The notes beneath the pieces were generated by a model. It made no database searches, was not told the DNA's origin, and saw only the letters and a program-made list of their open reading frames with translations. 64,000 nucleotides of DNA from Felis catus (Eukaryota). The stretch is from assembly GCF_018350175.1 (NCBI RefSeq), contig NC_058368.1:99698001-99762000 (forward strand), in the 5' to 3' direction. The position numbers were made by a program, and so were the translations under genes. Within the stretch, counting starts at the first letter, position 1; each line of letters opens with the position of its first letter. This document shows positions 27,115-38,831 of the stretch, in pieces.

Positions 27115-28639
27115 TTTCAACCATTTTTAAATACAAATGACTGTTACTGCACTTTCTGTTTCCCTGACTGATTCCCACCTGAAGGAACACCCCAATCTTA
27201 ACATCTCTGCAACTATACTTTTTTCACCCCTCAAATGTAACACTATTTCCAGAGTTTCCTTTACTGATAAAGTACTGGCATTCCTTTGTAATTAAAGTAA
27301 ACTTCCACTCTTTCTGTTCACAAAATCAGTGTCCACATCACATAAATTCCACAACATGGACATGTCTTAAATAAAATTCCTATTCCCATAGCTACTGCCT
27401 TACTACAGACTCTTAATATCTCATCCTATGGTTATTCTCAAAGTCTTCTAAGAGGCCCCCTCTGTCTCCATTTATGACCCCTCCAAAACACCCAAGTGAC
27501 TTTGAGACAACACAATCTGGTCATGTTGCTTGAAAGCCTACAGTGAGTTCAGTTGTTTATATTATGAAGCCCAAACTTCTCATCATAGCACACAAAACTG
27601 TTTATGTTATGGCCCTGGTTTTCTTTCCAGACTCATCTCTTACTATATTCTACTTTCCAGTTTTACAAAACTACCTGGAGATTCTCCAGCATCCCATGCC
27701 ACTTTTGGATACAAACAACAAAAAGTCACCCAAAATATCTAGAGGCAAAAATGGAAAAGGACACTTGTGATAAAGGTATGAACAGCTCATAGACTCTGAT
27801 ATGGGTTAGAAGTATAACTCAGGCCGTAGGGAGTGAAATTCTGAATTAGAACATTTCTATTAAGTTATGATCTAATGCATGGTGTCTAATCTATGTCTCC
27901 CAAGTCTGCACTACTCTTTGCAGGTTCTTGACCTGGTTTCTCTACTCGGCTCACCTTGTGCATGCCCACGATCCAGATGCCTTCTAGCTCCAGAGCGTAT
28001 CACCAATTAATTATTCTGTTCCATGTCACTGAGTTAAAAATCTAGCTCAAACCATCACTGCTTAGCAAAACATATTGATGATCGTACCATGTATTGGTTT
28101 TTTCAATTTTTATGTCCTCCACTCACTAACTGTGTCTTTCTCTCTAGAACAAAACAAAACAAAATGAAATATTGAGCATTATTTCTGTGGGTGGTGGAAA
28201 GCTCTAGCAGTTTAAGCTAGAAGCAGCAGATGGGTGTGGAAGGTACACAGATTAACCTACACAAAGCCTGTGTGTTTCTACCTGGAATACACTTTTATCC
28301 CCATCGCCTGCTGTTGATAACTATCCACCTTGCAAAATGCTACAATCTTCCTGAGGACAGAGACTGTGTCTTGTTTCTTGTTTTATCTCCAGCCTGGAAA
28401 ATACTAGGCAACCTATAAATAGCTGTCAAATTAATGCAGACATACTCTTGTCACTTCCCTATAAGATCTTTCCTGTCTTTTGCAAAAAATAAAAAATTAA
28501 AAAAATCTAAAAAACAAAACAAAACAAACAAACACAGTCCTCTCCCTCCCTTATACTTCATGATATATACATCTATGATATAGACCCTGTGTTTTGTACC
28601 CTCTACACATACCTTTATTAGAAACTAAGATACCAATGT

Positions 28640-28765
28640 ACTTATTTGATTCCTTCACTTTACTGGACTGCAAGATCCCTGAGGATACATCATGATTTAT
28701 TCATTCCAACAAGATTTCTAACCCATAGCCGGTGCTCAAAAATGTCTGTTGAATGAATGAGTGAA
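28640..28765 (+). mobile_element. L2 3' end
   Basis: ctggactgcaagatccctgagg...ggtgctcaaaaatgtctgttgaatgaatga. Confidence 0.6.
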
Positions 28766-29636
28766 ACAATGGGCAACTTGACACTCCGGAGGTCCAATCA
28801 GATTGATACCTCCTTGATGACAGCACTGCTTTATGTAAGTTTATGTAGTTCACCAGGAAGCAGAAATAAGTAAAACTGCACAAAACTTGTCATTGTACAA
28901 ACCATTCCTTACGTCCACGAGCAAAAACACTTCAGTCTATTGCTGCCCCTAGGGTGCTTGGCCTTTCACTAAGGAAAATGTTCCTCATCACACCCACTCT
29001 TTGAAGCATGTTCGGGAGACTCTGCTAAAAGGTTCTGATACAAAACTGAGGTTCTGATACAAAACTTTAACTGATTTGCCCCAATGACACAGTTATAATG
29101 AAAGAAGTTTTGATGGAATATACGAATTGGCTCTGTTTCAATACCCAATTCTTTTGTTTGGAGATCATCTAAAGGGTATATCATATGCCAAAAATAATCA
29201 GATGTATTGTTCTTCCATTCCCTTAATGAAATCTACCATACTTTGTCTTTTCCAGTAAATTGCAAGTGAGTCGCCATTTGAAAATTAATTCTAAAAGAAA
29301 GCAACTTTCCAAGCAAGAAAATGGTAAGTATTAACTTGAGTGTAGGACCATCTGTCAGAGTTAATGCCCATCAGGGATTTCTTCCCTAATGATTTGTTTC
29401 TGCAGCTAAGGAAAAGCAGAATTTTTGAACTTTGAATAGTGGCCAATTCTTTGTATATATACCAAGTTGTGTTCAAAGCTGATTAATGTTCTTCAGGCTA
29501 TAAATATTTCTATATTTTTTTAAAAAAGTATCTCCATAGAATAAAATTAGAAGGTGAAATTCTCTAAATTCTCTAAATTCCTATTCTCTGGAAATAACAC
29601 AAATGAACACTACAATTTTTTATATAATTTGTTTGC

Positions 29637-29840
29637 TTTTTTAATCTTTTTAATGTTTAGTTTGAAGAGGGGGAGAGGGCCAGAGAGAGAGAGAGAGAGA
29701 GGTAGACACAGAATCCGAAGCGGGCTTCAGACTTTGAGGTGTCAGCACCGAGAGCCACGTGGGGCTCAAACTCACAAACCGTGAGATCATGACCTGAGCC
29801 AAAGTGGGACACTTAAATGACTGAGCTACCCAGATGCCCC
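29637..29840 (-). mobile_element. Can-SINE
   Basis: Antisense body and tail. Confidence 0.93.
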
Positions 29841-31337
29841 TCAAATAATTTGTTTCTAACATCGTTGAGGGTTGCCTACCATCTTTAAATTTTCTTAATG
29901 TTATTAAGGTTGCCTCAAAGTTTTAAACAGATTAGTTGAAAAAAGCAAAAGTAGTATTTTTCCAAAGTGTCAAAATAGATAACTCTAATTTGCCTGTGTT
30001 GATGCAAGGTCATTTTAAATGTCTAATAGAGACAAGAGTTCTCTTACAATAACCTCAAATAATTAAATGAATGCCCTCTAATTTGTATGTGTTTTGTCTT
30101 TTCTGCTCTCATATGACAGTGAAGTGGTGAATTGCTCTCTAAAGTAGCCAATTACATCCACAGTTAATTAACTGCATTAATTATCTACAGGACTTTTTGT
30201 ACAATAGAAAAGTTTCAGGCATTACAAATGTAATTGGCTTCATCTTTTAAAGTATGTGGGTATATTATGTCCAGTAAATATACACTATTGCTTATGGTAA
30301 GCCCACTGTATTATGGTTATCAACTGGGGCCATGGAAGAGATATTGAAATCCTTTGGGAAAACAATTTGCTTTAACTTTCCATTGTAACAATAGTCAAAT
30401 TCATCAGATTCTTCTTTGGAAAATCATGTATACTGATAAGCAAAAGTATAAAACTCGGGGTGAAAACAAAGAATAGCTGGAGCCAGCAGTAAAAGCAGAA
30501 TTTAGCTGTTCCTTTTCGTCTCCAGAGAACCCTAGAGGAAAACGGCGTGATTGAATCAAGGCCCACCACTGTTTCCAACAAATCCAACCCCTCCATGTAA
30601 AAATCCATCAGGATTCCCTCACATTTCACCTGTGGCCAACCAAACTGGGCCAAATGGAAACCTTGAAAGAGTCAGATTTCCATTACTAACTTAGTAATCA
30701 TAAGCAAAGTCTTCTCTCAGGTTCTGTTTAATTGGTCAAGGGTTGTATGAAAGCAAAGATCTTCAAGAGACATGACTAAAATCCTAGAAAAGCATCATCA
30801 GAATAGGAGACTATTTGTCTTACCTTTCTGGGCAGAATATTAACTTCGAGAAGTAGGCAAATCTGTTTCTGCCAAAAAGGATAGAGATGGAAAAGATAGT
30901 AATAGAACAGGAAAGAAGAAAGGGAGGGGGGCAATCCGAAGCTAAAACTGTGCTATTGTTAAGTGTCTTTAGAGAAAACATTGGCCCCTCTGAATACCCA
31001 ACACTGAACTACCCATTATTTAACTGAATTTTATAAAAACTATTTGGAAAAAAATTTTTTGGAAAAAAGTGGTAAGATTTGAACCTTATTTTGGTTAATA
31101 AGTAGTTTTCAGAAAATTTGTTTTATTTCATATCATTTGAATGGCACAAAATTATTAATAAATAGCACATAAAAATAAATTTGGCATAAAAATAAGCCAA
31201 AAATTCAATGATGAGTTAAAGTTTATAAAATTATATAGACAATCCTTTGCTCAAATTACTAGTTTAAAAAAAAGTTTTTACATATTTCAGCATTAGCCTA
31301 GGGATAATCCTGAAAGGATTTAAAGTGAATTAATTTA

Positions 31338-31590
31338 GGGACACTTGGGTGGCTCAGGCAGTTAAGCATCTGACTTCAGCTCAGGTCATGATCTCACAGT
31401 TCGTTGGTTCGGGCCCCGCCTCAGGTTCTGTGCTGACAACTCAGACCCTGAAGCCTACTTGGGATTCTGTGTCTCCCTCTCTCTCTGCCCAGTATCCTGC
31501 CCCCCAACCCCTGTTCATGCTCTGTCTCTTGTCTCTCTCTCTCTCTCTCTCTCTCTCAAAAATAAATAAAACATAAAAAAATTAAAATAA
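31338..31590 (+). mobile_element. Can-SINE
   Basis: Head/body, (CT)n, A tail. Confidence 0.93.
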
Positions 31591-31660
31591 ACCAAATTAA
31601 CATATAGATTGAAAGGTTTATAATCACAGGATAATTTTTGAGCACTAGAAACAGGCAGAT

Positions 31661-31790
31661 GGGGTTCCTAGATGGCTTAGTCAGTAGAGCATACAACTCT
31701 CCATCTCAGGGTTGTAAGTGCAAGCTCCACATTAACTGTGGAAATTATGTAAAAATAAAATCTTTAGAAAAATTTAAAAGAAAAAAGAAA
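31661..31790 (+). mobile_element. Short old tRNA-Lys-derived SINE (no CT tract)
   Basis: ggcttagtcagtagagcatacaactctccatctcagggttgtaagtgcaagctccac followed directly by aaataaaatcttt. Confidence 0.75.
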
Positions 31791-31799
31791 CAGAAAGAC

Positions 31800-32900
31800 A
31801 TAATAAAGGCCAGCAGCACAGGACGCAATATTCCACATTATTCACCATAAGGGAAATGCGAGTAAAAACCACAGTGTAATACACTGCCCTTATCCTAGGA
31901 CTATACACAAAATTTTCAAAGAAAATGGAAATTACAAGTATTGGTGAGGATGTGGTAAAGTTAAAACTGTCATACACGACTCGTGGGAATACAAAATGGC
32001 GCAGCCTTTGTGGAAAATAGTTTGATGGTTCCTCAATAAATTAAGCAAAAGCAATTGCCATGTGACTCCGCAACTCCATGTTCAGTTACATACCCAAAAG
32101 AACTGAAAACAAGTGTTAAGACAAATATTTGCAAACAAACATTCACACCAGCACTATTTACAACTGTCACAAAGTAGAAACTGGGGCACCTGGGTGGCTC
32201 AGTCGGTTAAGGGTCCCACTTTGGTGCAAGTCATGATCTGATGGTTTATGAGTTCAAGCCCCACATCGGGGTTTGTGCTGACAGCTCAGAGCCTGGAGCC
32301 TGCTTCATATTGTTTCCCTCTCTCTCTCTTGCCCCTCCCCCACCCACACTCTGTCTCCCTCTCTCAAAAATAAACACTTGAAAAGATCTTTTTAAGCGGA
32401 AACAACCAAAATGCCCATCAATTGACACACAGATAAACAAATATGGTATAGCCATACAACTATATTCAACTATGGTTGAATATATATAGTCGAATACAGT
32501 TGAATACATACAACTGTATTCAACTATAAAACAAACCAAGTACTGATATATGCTATCAGATGAAGGAAGCTTGAAAACATACTAAGTGAAATATGACGGA
32601 TATAAAAGGTCACATATTGTACAATTGCATATGCATGAAATATCCAGAATAGACAAATTCACAGAAGCAAACAACAACAAAATAGATCAATGGTTGCCAA
32701 GGCCCACTAATAGAGGGAAAACAGGAAGTGACTGCATAATGGGTCCAGGATTTCTTTCTGCGGCGATGAAAATGTTCTGGAACTACGTAGAGTAGTTGTT
32801 GTATAGCCACGTGTATTTATTATATGTCACTTAATAGAACATTTTAAAATTGTTAAAATGGTAAGCTTTATCTTATGTGAACTTTATCATGATTTTTTAA
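31800..32900 (+). mobile_element. L1MB-like ORF2 end and 3' UTR
   Basis: aagtattggtgaggatgtgg, ctttgtggaaaatagtttg, tgaaatatccagaatagacaaattcacag, ttttaaaattgttaaaatggtaa. Confidence 0.85.
32183..32395 (+). mobile_element. Can-SINE inserted in L1
   Basis: Full body; degenerate TSD aagtagaaac/aagcggaaac. Confidence 0.93.
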
Positions 32901-33149
32901 GTATTAGGAAAAGAAATAGAATGAGGAAAACAGGTGGCTTCAAATGAAAGTAATTATTTCCAAAAACAAAAGTGCATTTTTTTTCCCTCTACACTCCATA
33001 GCAGTTGCTAGAAACATTCCACCCTTGAATCTTACTGATGTTCCTCTTCATAAGTTCCATCAGTGTCACACTTCCTATGGTGCCCTTTCTACCTGCAAAC
33101 CCAGTGCTGGAACTAGCACAAGTCATGTTAATTTTGTGGTGCTTGACAG

Positions 33150-33244
33150 AGTCCATTCTTTACCATATTTGTCGTTGACATAAGGTGTAAAAGAGACAGC
33201 TTTCAAATACTTATTTTCATTTTAATTTATCTACTTCGAAAAAG
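33150..33244 (+). other. Candidate exon encoding a signal-peptide-like segment (…IRCKRDSFQILIFILIYLLRK)
   Basis: ttgacAG acceptor, strong aag|GTAAGT donor, one open frame with basic n-region plus hydrophobic h-region; no homolog recognised. Confidence 0.35.
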
Positions 33245-34181
33245 GTAAGTGCTTTGGATTATTGAATATTATCTCTTTAAGCTACTTTTAACAGAGGATT
33301 AAAAGTGATGATTCCTACAACTCTCCACTCATGACTCCTTTTCACCCTTTTCTAGAAGCTAAACGTTACAAGTAAGCTTATTAGTTATTGTTTTGTGCCA
33401 TCAGCAATGATCTCATATATGACGTTTAGCCTCAGACTTAGCCCCTGAGATGTTCAGTAATCATCTCTAAGATACACAATGACACTCATTGTAAAGTACT
33501 GCCCATCTTAAGAGGGAGAAATAAATGATTTTATTGATATTTACAGATATATTGGCCATTTAAATAAATTAGTTTGTTCCATATAAAATGTCACGCTAAA
33601 CCACAGTGACTTAGAGCCTCAAGCTGCCATGATGCTGGTATTTAAGACTTTAGGAAATTACTGTTAGCCTGAGGAAGGGAGACATACAATCACCAGGATC
33701 CATATCAAATGCAAAGCTCTCGCCATCTGGATGCTAATATAAACTTCCCTGTGGGACATTAAAGCTTAACCAATCATGTAAGTTCAGGCAAAAGGAAAAA
33801 AAAATAAAAGGGACAAAAGATTTTTTGGCTGATTCAAAAAACATACCATCTAGTTTTCCAAAACATGCTATTTAGATGATTAATATTACACAGGAAAAAA
33901 TTATGTTTACAATATGACTTCTAAGTGGATGAAGTAGCGAATGATGTAAATAAAATATGAAAAATGAAGACCTAAATTCCACACTACAAAAACTACAGTC
34001 TGAAAGATGAGTTAAGTCTGATCCAGAAGGATTTCAGAAACTGAGATGAGACTTTGGTTTTAAGGTATGAATAAAAGCAAATATGAAGAGAGGGAAAGGG
34101 CATATTGTCACAGAAGTCAGGCACCATAAGCAAAAACCCAGGTGTCAAAATCAAAAAAATCTGTGGGAATAATACTAGTTC

Positions 34182-34391
34182 TTTTTTTTGTGATTTGTTT
34201 GCTTGTCTGTTTTTAATGTTTATTTATTTTTGAGAGAGAGAGAGCAGGGGTGAGGCAGAGAGAGAGGGAGACAGAATCTCAAGCAGGCTCTGCACTGTCA
34301 GCAGAGGGCTGGAACCCATGAACTGCAAGATCACGACCTGAGTTGAAATCAAGAGTTGGAGGTTTAACCAACTGAGGCACCCAGGTACCCC
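34182..34391 (-). mobile_element. Can-SINE
   Basis: Antisense body; TSD aatactagt. Confidence 0.92.
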
Positions 34392-35557
34392 AATACTAGT
34401 CAGGTTTGACAGAAATCAGGTGGCCATGTTGGATACAGTAAACAATAATAAAGAGAGAAAAGCAAGGCGGAGCCAGAATATGGAGTTCCTTCGATGCCCA
34501 GGAAAAGTTTGAATACATGCAAAGGAAAGTGGAAAAATGTCAACATCCTTTGACCCTGGCTGCTGGCTGTCACCCTAGGAGGATGACCTGGTTTCAATAT
34601 GCAGTGTAAAGACAGAAAATTGTAGAGCCAATTGTAGGAAACAATCTGGATGTTGTTAGAGTGAGTTAGTTGAGTAATCCTGAAGACCAGAAATGTAGAA
34701 TGAATGTGCAAGTAGAGAAAGTGCAGATTCAGGAGCCAACAAATGATAATGCATCCCGACGGAGCAGGTGAAAGGAAGAAAAGAACTAGAGAGGCAACAG
34801 AGATGTCTAGCTTGAATTCCTCTGGTAGGAATAAGAGCGGGAAGGCAACTGAGGTGAATTTTGTCAGTGTCAGGCTTGAGAAGTCTGTGTAGATGGCATT
34901 TCAAGAAAAAAATACTATCTTCTCCACCACCCTCAAAATATTTCAAAGGTAAAACAAGATAATAGGTATGAAAGTGTTTTCCAAGCCTACATATAGCTTA
35001 TAGGTAAATATAAACATAGTTTATATTAAAGATGTTTATTATTATCTTTATCATTAACAATTACAATATGACAAGGCTGAGATTCAAGGAGGCTCAAGTT
35101 TAGAAAGACTAGTGGTGTGTCCTTGGAGATTAAAATGAAAACTTTGAAGAGAGTTGAGTTTCCTTGGTAAAGTGGATTTAAAAAGAAGAACAATGGGCTC
35201 ATAGTGTCCAAAGTTCAAAAAAGAACAAATGCCAAAATTTCAACTAGAGATTTAGCCTTGTAGAGCTGGGTAGAGGTTTTGTTTTCCCTGTCACAGAAGT
35301 TAAATTTGATATGAATCAAATTCAAAATGTAAACATAATGGACAACCCAATACATTCCAACTTTTTAACTCTTACGTCTGTCATATACACAGAAACACCT
35401 ACACACAGAGAAAGCACAAGCAAACAAACACACAAAATAAATAAATAAAAACCCCAAATGTGACGTTTAATGGTGTCAGAGTGCACAAAGCAAAGATTTC
35501 ACTTTATTTTCGATCACCCTTTATGAAACTACAATTATGATTACATTGAGATTTTGT

Positions 35558-35558
<1 letters not shown>

Positions 35559-35591
<33 letters not shown>
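35559..35591. repeat. (GT)n microsatellite
   Basis: Direct reading. Confidence 0.95.
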
Positions 35592-35595
<4 letters not shown>

Positions 35596-36528
35596 CTGAA
35601 GGTAACAGCCAGGGTTCTGTGAGATGTGTTTCTTTGCAGTAAAGAGTATCTCATTACAAAAAAAAAAAAAAATACACTATCAGTGTGTCTAGGGAAAGAG
35701 GAAAGGAAACTGCTAAGGAAATCCCTTAGCTTTGATAAGTAAATTAAAGTAACTAAATACTATGGAGACAGAGATAATGTCTTACATGAATTAATGGTTA
35801 AGAAAATCAATAGTCTATAACTTTTGGGTTAGTAGCAAGATTTAATTTAAGGCTTACAGCAGAACAAAGTTGTTTTGCACAAAATTCCTCTCAGAAATAG
35901 ATTGTCTTTCTGAAAAATAATTCGTTCAGATTTGTCCTTTCTCCACACCAAGACACATTATAATTAAATTATCAAAAGTTAAAGAGAGAATATTAAAATT
36001 CAGCAAGATGAAAACAACGGGTTACATACAAGGAAACCCTCATATGACTATTAAGCTAATCTTTCAGCAGCAACTTAACAGGCCAGAAGGAGTAGAATGA
36101 GCTATTCAAAGTGCTAGAAGGGGAAAACACTTACAAACAAGAATACTCTACCTTTGCAGGTTATCATTCAGAAGTAAAGTAGAGATAAAGAGTTTTCCAG
36201 ACAACTAAAGAAATTCATCACCTCCAAACTGGCCTTACAAAAATGTTAAGGTTGAAAAGGAAAGGCATAAGGAGAATAGAAAGGTAAAAATCTTACTAGT
36301 AATGCAAAAGTAGTAGATTAACTGCTTATAAACCTGATATGAAGGTTAGACAACAAGAGTAGTAAAAGTAAGCATAACTATAATAATCAGTTAAGAAACA
36401 TGCAAAATAAAAATATATAAAATATGACATCAAAAACATAACACATGGTAGGAGGGAGAATAAAAACGTAGATTTTTAGAATGCATTCAAATTTAAGATG
36501 CTATTAACTTAAAATAAGTTGTTTTCAA

Positions 36529-36726
36529 GGGGCTTAGTCGGTTAAACAAGTGATCTTGATTTCAGCTCAGGTCATGATCTCATGGACATGAGACTGAGCC
36601 CCACATCAGGCTCTGCGCTGACAGCATGGAGACTACTGGGGATTTTCTGTCTCCCTCTCTCTCTGCTCCTCCCCCACTCACTCTTTCTCTCACTCTCTCT
36701 CAAAATAAATAAACATTTTTAAAAAA
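36529..36726 (+). mobile_element. Can-SINE (5' degenerate) inserted in L1
   Basis: cttgatttcagctcaggtcatgatctc, CT tract, tail. Confidence 0.88.
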
Positions 36727-36830
36727 TAGATTGTTTTACATATGATGTAATATGTGAGCTTCATGGTAACTACAAAGCAGAAAGCTATAACAGGTACATA
36801 AAATGAGAAAGGAAGCTAAATGCAACATGG

Positions 36831-36831
<1 letters not shown>

Positions 36832-36880
<49 letters not shown>
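36832..36880. repeat. (GAAA)n microsatellite
   Basis: Direct reading. Confidence 0.95.
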
Positions 36881-36881
<1 letters not shown>

Positions 36882-37094
36882 AAAAAAAAAGGAAAAAAAT
36901 TTATCAAACCACAAGGGAAGAGAGTAAGGGAAGAAAGGAACAGGGAGGAACTATGAAAATATCCAGTCAAAAATAAAAATAATGAACAAAATTGCAAAAA
37001 GTACATTCATATCCACAATTACTTTAAATGTGTATGAACTAAAATCTCTAATTAAAAGACACAGAGTGGCTCCAGAGGTGTGATGGAATGTCTT

Positions 37095-37600
37095 GATGTG
37101 AAAGAAAAATTGCATCGGACCCTTGTTTAAAAGAGCAAAAAAAAAACTTCATTCAAAGAAATTGCAGTAGAGATCAGGACTATTACAGTGGGGCAGAGGC
37201 AAGGAACTCCACTCCACTGAAACAAAAGGTTTTTGTGTTTAAACACTAGGGAGAGCTATAGGTTAGTGGAAAAGTACTAGAGAATGTTGGTCAAAGTGAG
37301 GAGGCCATCCTGTTGGCCAACTGGTTCTTATCAAAGTGAAGTTCCTACTCTTATAGTCTGAAAGGCAGGGCTGTCTTTCTTGAGGTTTACCTTTCAGTGG
37401 GAAGGTTCCCAGGTACTCCTGGGTTGTAAAACTGTTGAGAGTCTGTGAGAAGTTGTACATCTCAAAGAGAAAGAATTTACAATTGAAAGTTCACTTAGGT
37501 AAACACTCCTAGAAAAGGAGGTCAGGGGCCTATAATCTAGAAACCTGTCTAAAATTTAGCGAAGCTGAGGGGAAGAGTAACGTTGTCTTCTTGGTCAATA
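37095..37600 (-). mobile_element. Probable solo ERV LTR
   Basis: Abrupt switch from L1; LTR-like antisense motifs (ttcattcaaag...gactattacagtgggg; aggaggtcaggggccta; tcttggtca end); family not identified. Confidence 0.45.
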
Positions 37601-37816
37601 GACTTAGAGAGATACCAGAATCAGGACTGGGGCACTGGAAGACAACTGGGAAAAGTCAGGAACTACTTCTTGCAAAGAATATGCTTTCTAGTTGTCCCCA
37701 TGTATAAAATGTGTTCCTCTATATTGTCTCAAATTCTTTATTTTGCCTTACTATACTTACTGAAGGTACATCAACAAAATTCATTTGAGCTATCTAGCAT
37801 TCTTTTAAAATCCAAG

Positions 37817-38018
37817 TTTTTTAAAGTTTATTTATTTATTTATTTTTATTTAGAGAGAGAGAATGAGCAAGGGAGGGGCAGAGAGACGGAATCTCAACCA
37901 GGCTCCACACTTACAGTGCTAAGCCCAACTAGGGGCCAGAATTCAGGAACTGTGAGACCATGACCTGAGCCAAGATCAAGAATGAGACACTCAACCGACT
38001 GAGCCACCCAGGCACCCC
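37817..38018 (-). mobile_element. Can-SINE
   Basis: Antisense body and tail. Confidence 0.92.
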
Positions 38019-38242
38019 AAAGTCCAAATGTTTTAATCTCAAATATTCAAGAAAAGTAAAGAGTACTTTATTAATATGAACAGAAAATTATAAATTAGTT
38101 CTCAAAAGACTCTGTTGAAGGCAATAGAGAGAGATTCTAAAGCCTTGTTCAAATTCTGACTTCACCCTCTATGATCTAAATGACCCTGTGCAACTTTTCA
38201 CACTACATTATTTGTTTCCTAGTGTGTAGGAAAGAGATACAC

Positions 38243-38316
38243 AATATTTAAATATATTAAATATATTAAATATTAAATATATTAAATATTTAAATATTTA
38301 AATATATTAATATTAA
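38243..38316. repeat. AT-only (aaatat(a/t)tt)n low-complexity repeat within a MIR-like segment
   Basis: Direct reading. Confidence 0.8.
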
Positions 38317-38661
38317 GTGCTTAGAAGTACACCTGAAAGAAAAGTATTACCTATTTTTTATCTATTTCAAGAAATGGAATAATTTTTATAATATCTTTCT
38401 AAAACCAGATAAATAAAACCTCCTTACATATGTTTTAAATTGAATTCTGATTCAGGATGATTTGTTGTTTTCAGTTTGCTCTTTGGAAGTAGGTCCTATT
38501 TTCTCTGTCATAAATTATCTAAATTTAGATAAAATTAGAAAAAAATCTTACTGAACTAAATTGGTCATATGTCTTCTGACAGTAATATCGTATTTTGTTG
38601 GGTATTTACCAAACAATTAACCCAAAGATATATATGTATTAAAATAATATTTCCTTCTAAG

Positions 38662-38831
38662 TCATAAATGCAACTGTATAACTGTGAAACAAGACATATT
38701 TGTGGCCAAATGGACTTTAAACAATTTATGGTTAAGAAAGAAGGCTGCCTTCCTATATTGCCCTTGCCAGAAGGTGAAGTAATAAATTCTTTTTCAGGCA
38801 AATATGTAGCACAGAAAGACGATACATCATT
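38662..38831 (+). other. Candidate (pseudo)exon, N-terminal half of an Ig-V-like domain (…CITVKQDIFVAK…AAFLYCP…)
   Basis: ttccttctaAG acceptor; donors aag|GTGAAG (38774) or tt|GTAAGT (38832); frame open to 38773. Confidence 0.3.

Larger units (their letters stand above)
35940..37075 (+). mobile_element. L1 ORF1 3' half / inter-ORF / ORF2 start fragment
   Basis: ccacaccaagacacattataattaaatt, acatacaaggaaaccctcat, caggccagaagg, acaattactttaaatgtgtatgaactaaaatctctaattaaaagacacagagtggct. Confidence 0.85.

Noticed and set aside
28969..29232. 87-codon minus-strand open frame (ISLREWKNNTSDYFWHMIYPLDDLQTKELG…)
   Set aside because: No recognisable homology, poor acceptor, and it spans a 19-nt duplication; likely chance.
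31661..31735. tRNA-Lys-like sequence
   Set aside because: Too diverged and followed by an A-rich SINE tail; a retroposed SINE, not a tRNA gene.
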